Of a stretch of 32,000 bases of DNA, positions 6,974-15,735 are shown one piece after another. Position 1 is the first letter of the stretch; each line of letters starts with the position of its first letter. The stretch is from an uncultured Alphaproteobacteria bacterium. GTDB lineage: Bacteria; Pseudomonadota; Alphaproteobacteria; Rs-D84. The notes under the pieces were generated by a model. The model saw nothing but the letters and a program-made list of their open reading frames with translations, searched no databases and was not told where the DNA came from. The DNA lies in NCBI GenBank assembly GCA_963931495.1, contig OZ007020.1:630001-662000 (forward strand), written 5' to 3'. The position numbers were made by a program, and so were the translations under genes.

Positions 6974-8209
6974 ATGATGGAAAAACCACAACCGTTTGTT
7001 CAACCAGATATGGTATTCAGTGTTTCTGATGCGTCGGCACTGTTAAAAAAAGTTGTTGAAACTGCGTTCCCAACAATCCGGGTGCGTGGCGAATTGTCGC
7101 AAATTACGCGCGCAACGTCGGGGCATATGTATATGACAATCAAGGATGCAAATGCGGCAATATCTGTCATTATTTGGCGTGGAACGCCGGTTCCGTTCAA
7201 AATAGAAGATGGGATGGAGGTTATAATTACCGGACGCTTTACAACATATCCGGCACGCAGTAATTATCAAATTATTGCCAGCGAAATTGAAATGGCGGGC
7301 GTTGGGGCCATTTTGAAAATGCTGGAAGAACGCAAGCGGAAATTGGCGGCCGAAGGGTTGTTTGATAATGCACGTAAAAAGCCACTGCCCCGCTTTCCAC
7401 AGCGTATCGGAATTGTGACCAGTCCAACTGGGGCCGCATTCCAAGATATTCAAAACAGGTTGCGTGAACGTTTTCCAGTGACGATTGTTTTGTATCCTGC
7501 CACTGTTCAGGGTACAACCGCCGCCGCCGAAGTTGCCGCCGGTATAGAATACTTTAATCGTGTTAAAAATGTAGATGTTATTATTGTGGCGCGTGGTGGC
7601 GGCGCATTGGAAGATTTGTTGCCGTTTTCCGAAGAAATTGTTGTGCGCGCGGCGGCGGCCAGCGAAATACCGCTGGTGTCGGGCGTCGGGCATGAACCAG
7701 ATTGGATGTTGATTGACTATGCGGCGGACGTACGCGCCCCAACACCAACCGGTGCCGCGGAAATTGTTGTGCCAACAAAATTATCATTGATCCAGGAACT
7801 GGATAATTTATGGCATCGGTTGTCTGGGAATTTTGCAACACGTCTGGTAAATGCAAAATCACGCATGGAATCAATCGTCATAAAAAGTCCACACCAGATG
7901 GTGATGGAACGTATGCAGCGTTTGGATGATATTGCGCGAACTATGGATATAATTATAAATGGTAAATTTGTTGCCACACATCAAAAGATGACACTTGTAT
8001 CACAGTTTCCGAACATATTGGCAAACAAAATTGCGATACTGAATCAATCTGTGGCGCATATGGGACATATGTTATCATCGCTTGGTTATAAAAATGTTTT
8101 ACAACGCGGTTATGCAATTGTGCGTGGCGCAGACAATAAAATCATCAGTCGCACTGACAGTGGTACACCGGCAACAATTGAATTTGCAGACGGCATAGTG
8201 CATTTGTAA
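6974..8209 (+). CDS. xseA: exodeoxyribonuclease VII large subunit
   Basis: N-terminal OB-fold (VRGELSQITRATSGHMYMTIKD), PQRIGIVTSPTGAA and ARGGGALEDL motifs. Confidence 0.9.
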   Translation: MMEKPQPFVQPDMVFSVSDASALLKKVVETAFPTIRVRGELSQITRATSGHMYMTIKDANAAISVIIWRGTPVPFKIEDGMEVIITGRFTTYPARSNYQIIASEIEMAGVGAILKMLEERKRKLAAEGLFDNARKKPLPRFPQRIGIVTSPTGAAFQDIQNRLRERFPVTIVLYPATVQGTTAAAEVAAGIEYFNRVKNVDVIIVARGGGALEDLLPFSEEIVVRAAAASEIPLVSGVGHEPDWMLIDYAADVRAPTPTGAAEIVVPTKLSLIQELDNLWHRLSGNFATRLVNAKSRMESIVIKSPHQMVMERMQRLDDIARTMDIIINGKFVATHQKMTLVSQFPNILANKIAILNQSVAHMGHMLSSLGYKNVLQRGYAIVRGADNKIISRTDSGTPATIEFADGIVHL

Positions 8210-8217
8210 AATTCGTA

Positions 8218-8757
8218 TCAAAATTTTATACGAAATCCTAATCTGAAATTTTCAGGGTCTGCGGAAACTTCCAGTCCTTGGTATTTATCAACTAATAACC
8301 AAGTAAACAATGCACTGACTGCTGCGCCGGCTAATACATCGTGCCAATAATGCGCCCGCGCATGTACGCGTGACCATCCGGTAACCAATGCCATCGCATA
8401 TGGAATTAAGGCAGGTTTCCAGCCATAGCGTTTGTGTACAAACATTGCGCCACTAAATACACCCGCAGAATGACCACTGGGTAAAGATTTCCAGTCGGAT
8501 CCATTGGGGCGTTGTTCTATTTCCAGCATTTTTATACCTTCGGTCAGCAGTTGCGCAGCAACAATGCTTTCTGCCAGTTGGATTGTGCCATCCCAATCTT
8601 TTTCCATTACAGTCATGCCCAATGCGTATGCAGGTGCCATAACCATCATCAAATCGCCCAGTTTATTTGGGTCTGTGAATGGCCCAGCGAATGCGCTGTT
8701 GGAAAGCGTCAATGTCGCCCCAACGGAAAATATGGCAAACGTTCTAAGTTTTGACAT
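8218..8757 (-). CDS. PAP2-family (type 2) lipid phosphatase with signal peptide
   Basis: The tripartite PAP2 motif is present: K-x6-RP (KMLEIEQRP), PSGH (LPSGHSAG) and SR-x5-H-x3-D (SRVHARAHYWHD). The N-terminus is hydrophobic. Confidence 0.85.
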   Translation of the reverse strand: MSKLRTFAIFSVGATLTLSNSAFAGPFTDPNKLGDLMMVMAPAYALGMTVMEKDWDGTIQLAESIVAAQLLTEGIKMLEIEQRPNGSDWKSLPSGHSAGVFSGAMFVHKRYGWKPALIPYAMALVTGWSRVHARAHYWHDVLAGAAVSALFTWLLVDKYQGLEVSADPENFRLGFRIKF

Positions 8758-8775
8758 AATTCCTATCCCTTGATT

Positions 8776-8803
8776 AAAAAAAAGACCACATATTTCAGTG
8801 GTC
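8776..8803 (-). terminator. intrinsic terminator 18 nt upstream of the PAP2 start codon
   Basis: The minus strand reads GACCAC-UGAAAUAU-GUGGUC followed by UUUUUUUU. The PAP2 SD and ATG follow directly. Confidence 0.7.
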
Positions 8804-8938
8804 GGGAGTTAGAACAGTCAAACATTGATGACCCCGCCGGTCTTGCGATGCGGCAGCATCCCGACCATTCGCAGTCGGGACAATATCAGCAGAATAAATC
8901 AATGTTTTGGTGTTCTAAGCCAATCCACTAAATATGTC
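8804..8938 (-). promoter_or_regulatory. structured 5' leader: candidate riboswitch/attenuator or stand-alone sRNA
   Basis: Nested long-range helices UUAGAACA/UGUUCUAA and AAACAUUGAU/AUCAAUGUUU enclose the hairpin UCCCGAC-N8-GUCGGGA and a CUGCCG/CGGCGG helix. A second UCCCGAC copy overlaps the terminator 5' arm. Confidence 0.5.
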
Positions 8939-8944
8939 GTTTTT

Positions 8945-8973
8945 ATTATCGGATAAATTATTTGAATTTGCAA
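8945..8973 (-). promoter_or_regulatory. sigma-70-type promoter just downstream of the recN stop, driving the structured leader and PAP2
   Basis: Minus strand TTGCAA (8973-8968), 17-nt spacer, GATAAT (8950-8945). Confidence 0.55.
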
Positions 8974-8978
8974 TATAT

Positions 8979-10631
8979 TTAATTTTTTATCAATGTGCGC
9001 GCAGTTGCCAATGATTCAGGTGTAATTTTGGCACCACTGATGATGCGCGCGATTTCGTTTATGCGTTCGTCACCACGGATTTCTGTAACATCTGTTGTGG
9101 TTGTATCGTTCGCAGTATGTTTGGAAATTTTGAAATGTTTGTCGGCGTATCCGGCGACCTGGGCCGAATGCGTTATAACCAATGTCTGGGACGATTGGGC
9201 CAATCTGTTTAATCGGTTGCCAACCGCTGATGCGGTTGCGCCGCTGATTCCGGTGTCAATTTCATCAAATACAAATGTATGTGCGTTGCCACCGTTTGCC
9301 AATACCACGCGCAGTGCCAGCATAAAACGTGCCAATTCGCCCCCAGATGCCGCGCGATTTATCGGCGCAAATGGCATGCCTGGGTTCGTCTTTATCATAA
9401 AAATAATGTCGTCACAGCCGTGCCCGGATGGTGCGGATTCGGTGCGTGATACCATGAAATCTGATGCGCCCAGTTTCAAGTCTGGTAATTCGGCCAGTAT
9501 GCGTTCGCGTAAAGATTCGGCCGCGGCGCATCGGGCATGGGTCAGTTTTTGTGCGGCGTCACGATATTCAGATTCTTTGATTGACAGTTCTTGTTCGGCG
9601 CGTTTGATTTCGGCATCTGAATTTTCAATTGTGTTTAGTTGTTCAGATAATTCATTCAATATTCGCGGCAATTCATCGGCCGGTACGCGATGCTTGCGTG
9701 CCGCCGCGCGAATTGCGAACAGACGTTCTTCTATGCTGTCAATGTCGTCCGTGTCTGTATCGGGCGGGGTTATTTGTTCGGATATATCCGACAACTGTTG
9801 CGCAATATCATACAGTGCGTCAATTTGTTCCGAATATGGATTAGGTTCTGTTTTTATGCGTTGCAATATGTGTGCAACAGAATATATCTGGGAATCCAGT
9901 GATGTACCGTTCGGATTTAATGCAGAAATCGCATCGGATAAAATAGCGGAATTTTTTTCTGCGTTCATTATTGCGGCGCGTTTTTCGGCCAATTCGCTTT
10001 CTTCGCCGATGCGCACATTCAGTGCAGACAATTCATTAAAGTTATGTGTTAAAAAATCGCGTTCTGATTCTGATTTTTCAGATATTTTTTGCAATTCGTC
10101 CAAGTGTTTTTTTGCATTGTTATATGTATTATATGCTGTATTTGTGGCGCGCAAAAACTGTTCGTATTCAGCATTATGCATTATACCGTACGTGTCCAGT
10201 GACGCACGATGTGTTGACGGGTCTAGTAAAGTATGATTGGCAAATTGGCCATGTATTTCAACCAAAGCGTCGCCGACGTGTTTTAATGTTTTGATGGATA
10301 CAGGGATGTCGTTTATCCATGCGCGGCTTTTTCCATCTGGTGACAATGTTCGGCGTAAAATTAAACTGTTGTCGTATTCAATTTCGTTTTCGTCAAGAAA
10401 ACTTTTTAATACATCATCTGTGTCATCAAATTCTGCGACGACGGTCGCCCTGTCGCATCCGGTGCGCACCAGTCCGGCGTCAGAACGCGCCCCCAGTGCC
10501 AGCGCCAGTGCATCCATTAATATACTTTTACCGGCGCCTGTTTCGCCAGTAAGCACGGTCAGTCCAGGACCGAATTCTAAATCCAGCCGTTCAATTAAAA
10601 CGATGTTTGAAATAGACAGACGTACCAGCAT
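8979..10631 (-). CDS. recN: DNA repair protein RecN
   Basis: SMC-like N-terminus (LTVLTGETGAGKSILMDAL), a coiled-coil middle, and a C-terminal ASGGELARFMLAL signature with Walker B (FVFDEIDTGISG). Confidence 0.95.
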   Translation of the reverse strand: MLVRLSISNIVLIERLDLEFGPGLTVLTGETGAGKSILMDALALALGARSDAGLVRTGCDRATVVAEFDDTDDVLKSFLDENEIEYDNSLILRRTLSPDGKSRAWINDIPVSIKTLKHVGDALVEIHGQFANHTLLDPSTHRASLDTYGIMHNAEYEQFLRATNTAYNTYNNAKKHLDELQKISEKSESERDFLTHNFNELSALNVRIGEESELAEKRAAIMNAEKNSAILSDAISALNPNGTSLDSQIYSVAHILQRIKTEPNPYSEQIDALYDIAQQLSDISEQITPPDTDTDDIDSIEERLFAIRAAARKHRVPADELPRILNELSEQLNTIENSDAEIKRAEQELSIKESEYRDAAQKLTHARCAAAESLRERILAELPDLKLGASDFMVSRTESAPSGHGCDDIIFMIKTNPGMPFAPINRAASGGELARFMLALRVVLANGGNAHTFVFDEIDTGISGATASAVGNRLNRLAQSSQTLVITHSAQVAGYADKHFKISKHTANDTTTTDVTEIRGDERINEIARIISGAKITPESLATARTLIKN

Positions 10632-10638
10632 GTTATGG

Positions 10639-10668
10639 ATTATAGTCGTAAAATATGGCGTGTTTCAA
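10639..10668 (-). promoter_or_regulatory. promoter 7 nt upstream of the recN ATG (leaderless arrangement)
   Basis: Minus strand TTGAAA (10668-10663), 18-nt spacer, TATAAT (10644-10639), then CCATAAC and ATG. No SD. Confidence 0.5.
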
Positions 10669-10671
10669 GCG

Positions 10672-11121
10672 CTAAATCACCTGGTCCAGGGTAAAATCAC
10701 TGGTCCATAAAATGTATCCGTGAATTGTATGATTTGGGTATATGTCGCGCAATAATTGCGCATATTCAGATAATTGAGATATGTACATATTGCGCATCAA
10801 TTCGTGATTCAGGTCGGTTTTGTAATCCATTATTTTTACAATGTTTTTGTCGTTGTCAACGATGATGCGATCTATGCGGCGACTGACGAATTTTTTATTT
10901 AGTATGCCGGCAATTGGAATTTCTGTACGGGCGTGTGGTGAAAAGAAATCGGCAATCCCGGGGGCGGATTTTATTTTTGCGACAAGTTCCCGGTCGCCAC
11001 ATGTGTCGCCATTTGGATAAATTACAATTTTTTGCATTTTTTTATGCAGTGCGCGCCCCGCAGATGTGGCAAATTCAAACTGTTGCGTGGCGGAAAGTAA
11101 ATCGCGTAAATTACTGGTCAT
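10672..11121 (-). CDS. addA: AddA C-terminal PD-(D/E)XK (RecB-type) nuclease domain as a separate reading frame
   Basis: Nuclease motifs IDRIIVD...IMDYKTD...YISQLSEYAQLL. It is in a different frame from the helicase ORF. A candidate ATG at 11121 overlaps the helicase stop by 11 nt, and the raw ORF extends to 11241. Confidence 0.7.
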   Translation of the reverse strand: MTSNLRDLLSATQQFEFATSAGRALHKKMQKIVIYPNGDTCGDRELVAKIKSAPGIADFFSPHARTEIPIAGILNKKFVSRRIDRIIVDNDKNIVKIMDYKTDLNHELMRNMYISQLSEYAQLLRDIYPNHTIHGYILWTSDFTLDQVI

Positions 11122-13717
11122 AAGATGTCCTGATGTTTTCTGTTGTTTGATTGTTTGCCAGAATTCGCCACAGTTGTGTATGCCATGCATTTTCTGGGGC
11201 GTTTTTATATGGCGTATATCCGTATATATACAATTGGTCACGGGCGCGTGTCATTGCGACGTATAGCAAACGATAATATTCCGATGTTTTGATTTTATTT
11301 AATGCCGCGGCGGCATCTGCGCGTTGTGCGTTGTTGTCGCTGTGTGGCACCCACAGCCACGGGGTCGGCATGTCTGTTTTTTTGCGGCATGGAATCGGGA
11401 CAATTTTTTCCGACGATGGTACACGTACCGTGTCTATTAAAAATACAATTGGTGATTCAAGGCCTTTGCTGCCATGTATTGTGACAATGCGGACGCCAGC
11501 AGATGCGTCCATGTCGCGCTTGATTTCACTGTTGCTGGTGATGAACCATTTAATAAAATGACGCATGGTGCCCGGTTGGGTGCGTTCGTATGCCAGGCAT
11601 ATGGTCATAAATTCTTCCAGTGGGTCAATGATTTGGTTGCCTAGTGCAGCAATCATGCTTTGACGAACGTTGTCTGTGTTCAATACATTTGAAAAAAATG
11701 TATACGGTGACATTTTCTCGCACCAACCGATATATCGGGTCAGTCGTGAATGTATATCCGGGGCAATGTCATGCAAAATGTCAAATATGCTTATCGGTGT
11801 TTGGTTGTGATTTTGTGTACGGTTGGCATTATTTTTGACTGTGCAAATATTAAAAATATCACGTTCATTCAATCTGAAAATTGGGCTTTTTAATACACAA
11901 CATAAACTGTAATCGTCGGATGTGTTTATGCAAAAACGGACCAGGTTTAACAGGTCGCGTATCGCGGGGAATTGTGGTAAAATGATTCTGTCACTGCCGG
12001 CGACGGGGATTTCGTTGCGCTTTAATTCTTTTACCAGAATTGGTACCATGGGGTGTCGTTTTTGTACCAGTATCATAATGTCACTTGGGGCACAGCCGGT
12101 CTTGACCATGGTGGTTATTTTTTCAACAATTGTTTTCAAGAAATCTGTTAATGATATATTGTCTGATTGTTGGGACATTAATTTGTGGATTTCAACCAAC
12201 CCACCGGTGTCGCGGCGAAAAGATGTGTGATTGTTATTGGAAAAGTCAGAAATTTTTATGACAGTATCGTCGTTGAACACCGCATCAACGGCGTGTAATA
12301 TCGGGGGCAGAGAACGAAAACTTTGCGCCAATGGTATTTCGCGTATTGTGCGTAAATTTTGCTTGATTTGTGATGCGATTGCGTCACGGCTGGTTGCGAA
12401 TGCGCGCGGATCGGCGCCTTGGAATCCGTATATTGATTGTTTGGTGTCGCCAACGACGAATAAAGAGTGTGGTGTGTTTTGTGTGTCACCATCCGTGAAA
12501 AAATCACCGGCCAGCATTTGTAAAATATCCCATTGTAATGGACTGGTGTCTTGGGCTTCGTCAACCAATATGTGTCCCAGGTGTATGTCCAGTTGTGACA
12601 GTATCCAGCCCATTGTTTCTGGGTCGGAAAATAATTTTTTTGTGTATAAAATTAAATCTTCAAAATCCAGCAAATTTTTTTGGTGCTTTAAGTCGCGGTA
12701 TATTTTTGCAAATGCGTCCGCCAGATCAAACATTGCAATTGTGTCGTCGTATATTTGTTGTGCGATATTGCGTTGATCTTGGGCATAGACGCGGTTTAGT
12801 TCAGCAACCAGATAGGCTTTTTTTGCCAAGTTTTTTTTGGGCGTTCCGTCGGACGTTAAATACAGTTTTTTGTATTCTTCAAAATCTATACTGTTGTTAA
12901 TGTATTGTTTGGTTAAATTTATAATGTCTGTTAACTGTTTTGCCGGCGGTTTCGCATGATTTAGCTCTTGGAACGCAAAATCAATGATTTTGTTTAACTG
13001 TTGCGGCGAAAATTCCGTTTGTATTGGTGTGTCAAGGTTCAAGAATTTTCGTGTCGTGTCAATAAAGTATTTACGATAATTATCACGATTTGTTATTTGA
13101 AAGAAGTCTTTGTATTGCGAACTTAAAAGTTCCAGCATGTCGTCCATAAAATATTCTGATACGCGATTTACAATGTGGGCAAAAGCAGAATTTACCCGCG
13201 CGTCGTTTGCCGAATTTATCAGACGGCGGAATGCATCTTGTAATAAAATGTGGCGCGTGTCGTCAGATATCAGTGTCCATGCAGGCGAAATACCGGCCTC
13301 AATCGGGAAACGGCGCAAGATTTCTTCGCAAAAGCCGTGAATTGTTTTTATTTTTAGTATATCTGGATTATCAATGTATGTGAAAAATATCTGGCGCGCA
13401 TGGGCGATGTCGGATGGGGTCACAGGGGTGTTTGTTGCGACGCCATTTAATATTTCGGCCAATTCTGTATCAGGCAATGTTGCCCATTGACGCAGTGATG
13501 ATAAAATTCTGTTCCGCATTTCACCGGCGGCGGCGTTTGTATATGTTAAACACAATATGCCGTTGTGTGATAAATTGTCGGTTCGGAATAAAATCCGTAA
13601 CAGACGTTGAATCAAGACACTGGTTTTACCAGTGCCGGCATTTGCCTGGACCCAGACGTTTTCCAGTGGGTTAGCCGCGGCGTCTTGGTCTGGTGAAAGA
13701 GTTCGCTTTTGTGACAT
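11111..13717 (-). CDS. addA: AddA-type (alphaproteobacterial) UvrD/Rep-family helicase, helicase portion only (868 aa)
   Basis: VWVQANAGTGKTSVLIQRLL Walker A, ILCLTYTNAAAGEM, ILVDEAQDTSPLQW, FVVGDTKQSIYGFQGA and LLYVAMTRARDQLYIYG motifs. The frame stops before the nuclease domain. Confidence 0.85.
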   Translation of the reverse strand: MSQKRTLSPDQDAAANPLENVWVQANAGTGKTSVLIQRLLRILFRTDNLSHNGILCLTYTNAAAGEMRNRILSSLRQWATLPDTELAEILNGVATNTPVTPSDIAHARQIFFTYIDNPDILKIKTIHGFCEEILRRFPIEAGISPAWTLISDDTRHILLQDAFRRLINSANDARVNSAFAHIVNRVSEYFMDDMLELLSSQYKDFFQITNRDNYRKYFIDTTRKFLNLDTPIQTEFSPQQLNKIIDFAFQELNHAKPPAKQLTDIINLTKQYINNSIDFEEYKKLYLTSDGTPKKNLAKKAYLVAELNRVYAQDQRNIAQQIYDDTIAMFDLADAFAKIYRDLKHQKNLLDFEDLILYTKKLFSDPETMGWILSQLDIHLGHILVDEAQDTSPLQWDILQMLAGDFFTDGDTQNTPHSLFVVGDTKQSIYGFQGADPRAFATSRDAIASQIKQNLRTIREIPLAQSFRSLPPILHAVDAVFNDDTVIKISDFSNNNHTSFRRDTGGLVEIHKLMSQQSDNISLTDFLKTIVEKITTMVKTGCAPSDIMILVQKRHPMVPILVKELKRNEIPVAGSDRIILPQFPAIRDLLNLVRFCINTSDDYSLCCVLKSPIFRLNERDIFNICTVKNNANRTQNHNQTPISIFDILHDIAPDIHSRLTRYIGWCEKMSPYTFFSNVLNTDNVRQSMIAALGNQIIDPLEEFMTICLAYERTQPGTMRHFIKWFITSNSEIKRDMDASAGVRIVTIHGSKGLESPIVFLIDTVRVPSSEKIVPIPCRKKTDMPTPWLWVPHSDNNAQRADAAAALNKIKTSEYYRLLYVAMTRARDQLYIYGYTPYKNAPENAWHTQLWRILANNQTTENIRTSYDQ

Positions 13718-13806
13718 TTATGCCCTTGCTTTATTGTTGGGATTTTAGTATAAATTCCATAGAACTGCAAGAATATATCCAATACGTATAAAAACGGGGG
13801 GATTTT

Positions 13807-15735
13807 ATGGAAAGTGTGCAAATTTTATGGATTGTCACCAGTGTGTTGGGCGGGTTATTATTGGTGTCGTTAATCGTGTCGTTTTTTGTGTCGCGGAAAT
13901 CGCAAAAAATTATGCAATCATTGGTTACATTGATGACGCATCCGGAACGGGCGCGTGTGCATGATGCGGTTCGGGTACTGGATACAATTTTGGCCGATGA
14001 AATGGCAAAACTGGAATCAAATTTTCAAACAATACGCGGTGAATTACAATCGCAAATCAATGCAGCAGACGAACTGCAAAAAGTATTGGGTGCACAAAAC
14101 GATAAACTGGTTGCGACCGCAGATGATGCAACAAAAAAGATTGCGCTGATGTCCCAGCGTTTGGATAATACGGTGTCTGATTTGCGGTCGGTTACCCAGT
14201 CGTCTGGGTGGCAAGACGTTGAATTGGTAACGGAAAAATTTACATCTGATATTAATGATTTATTGGGGCGTGTTGATAAAACATCTCAATCTGTGACGGA
14301 ACGGGTGTCAGATATCCAAAATCGTATAGATTCATGGATTGAATCTGATAAAAAATTGGCTGAACAAATAAAAACAGACTTTGATAGTAATGCCAGTCAA
14401 ATGAGTGCGATAAATTCAGAATATGAAAACATGCAACATCGTTTGTCTGAATTGGCACAATCAACAGCGTCTGGATTTGATGGGGTTAAACAATCTGCAA
14501 CAGATTATGAAAAACTGATGCGGGAAAATGACAAGTCGTTGGGCGATTATATTGAAAAAATGGACACGTTTACCCAGCAATCAAAAAAACATCTGACAAA
14601 TCATATGAATACGTTGACCAATACCGCGAATGTAATCGGCGGCCAGGTTCGTTTGGCAGAATCATCCATAGACAAACAAGTTCGCAAATTAACAGATGCT
14701 GTGGAAATTTTGATGACATCTGCGTCCGCGACCGAAGCGTCTGTGCGCGCAATATCCACAGAATTGGCAACATTGACGGGGCGTTTCAATGGCGAAATCA
14801 AGGAATTTGCCACAGCGGTTGTTTCAGAACTGAAAACAGTATCCGGGGTTGCAAATACAACACTGGAAAATACAAAGACTGCGGCGGGGGCGTTTTCAGA
14901 ATCTGTGCGCGCAATGGCGACCGGCGTGCGTGAAACGTTAATGGAAATGAATACGGCGCATACACAACTGTCGGGACAATCAGAGAATTTGATAAAAATG
15001 TCGGCCGAAACAACCGCACAGTTACAGCCGTTGTCGGAATTAATTGAAAAGTATTTTGCCGCCCTGCCCGATTTGGCGCGTGATTCTGTGGCCACAGGTG
15101 ATAATTTACAGAAAATTGTAACATCATTAAATGAAAAAATACAATTAATGAACTCTACGGTTGCGGAATCAACAGAATCTGTGGCGAATTCGGCGGTCAA
15201 ACTGGAAGATTTGGCCGATAAATCGCGCCAGCAAATGATTGACCTGATGGCAGATTATGCCAAGGCTGTAAATACAATGCAAACGTTGAATAAACAGATG
15301 ATGGTTGCGCGGGCAACCGCACCAATGGACGCAATCAGCACAGCGCCAACCGCACCAGTGTATGGCAACATCAGCAATCAAGACTTTTTGAAGCAAAGTG
15401 AACGTATGTTTGAAAAAATGCACGAGCAAACAATTGATTTAACACGCGCAACGGGTGTGGAAATTCCAGACGTCGTATGGAAAAAGTATCATGCGGGGGA
15501 TAAAACAATATTTTCTAAATGGTTGGCGAAAATAATGTCGGCGGCGGATAAAAAACAAATACGCGAAATGTTGAAAAATGACACAGTGTTCCGTTCGCAA
15601 TCGGCACAGTTCGTGCGCAGTTTTGATAAAATTTTAACCGCGACTAAACAGGCCGATAATTCTGATAAATTGGCCGCAACGTTGTTAAAAACGGATCTGG
15701 GTAAAATATATATTGCATTAAAGGGGCACGTGTAA
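13807..15735 (+). CDS. membrane-anchored long coiled-coil protein (642 aa), function unknown
   Basis: A GGGGGG SD and one N-terminal TM helix (ILWIVTSVLGGLLLVSLIVSFFV), followed by ~450 aa of Q/E/S/T/A-rich heptad-like sequence and a more globular C-terminal ~120 aa. Confidence 0.7.
   Translation: MESVQILWIVTSVLGGLLLVSLIVSFFVSRKSQKIMQSLVTLMTHPERARVHDAVRVLDTILADEMAKLESNFQTIRGELQSQINAADELQKVLGAQNDKLVATADDATKKIALMSQRLDNTVSDLRSVTQSSGWQDVELVTEKFTSDINDLLGRVDKTSQSVTERVSDIQNRIDSWIESDKKLAEQIKTDFDSNASQMSAINSEYENMQHRLSELAQSTASGFDGVKQSATDYEKLMRENDKSLGDYIEKMDTFTQQSKKHLTNHMNTLTNTANVIGGQVRLAESSIDKQVRKLTDAVEILMTSASATEASVRAISTELATLTGRFNGEIKEFATAVVSELKTVSGVANTTLENTKTAAGAFSESVRAMATGVRETLMEMNTAHTQLSGQSENLIKMSAETTAQLQPLSELIEKYFAALPDLARDSVATGDNLQKIVTSLNEKIQLMNSTVAESTESVANSAVKLEDLADKSRQQMIDLMADYAKAVNTMQTLNKQMMVARATAPMDAISTAPTAPVYGNISNQDFLKQSERMFEKMHEQTIDLTRATGVEIPDVVWKKYHAGDKTIFSKWLAKIMSAADKKQIREMLKNDTVFRSQSAQFVRSFDKILTATKQADNSDKLAATLLKTDLGKIYIALKGHV

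Noticed and set aside
8205-8250. AT-rich 7-bp hairpin (TTCGTAT/ATACGAA) between convergent xseA and the PAP2 gene as a bidirectional terminator
   Set aside because: The stem is short and AT-rich and partly lies inside the PAP2 coding sequence. The evidence is too weak to annotate.
8995-10236. 413-aa plus-strand ORF, the longest unexplained ORF in the track
   Set aside because: It lies entirely antisense to recN, whose homology on the minus strand is unambiguous. Its translation is Ser/Ala/Cys-rich low-complexity sequence typical of a shadow frame, with no SD or motif.
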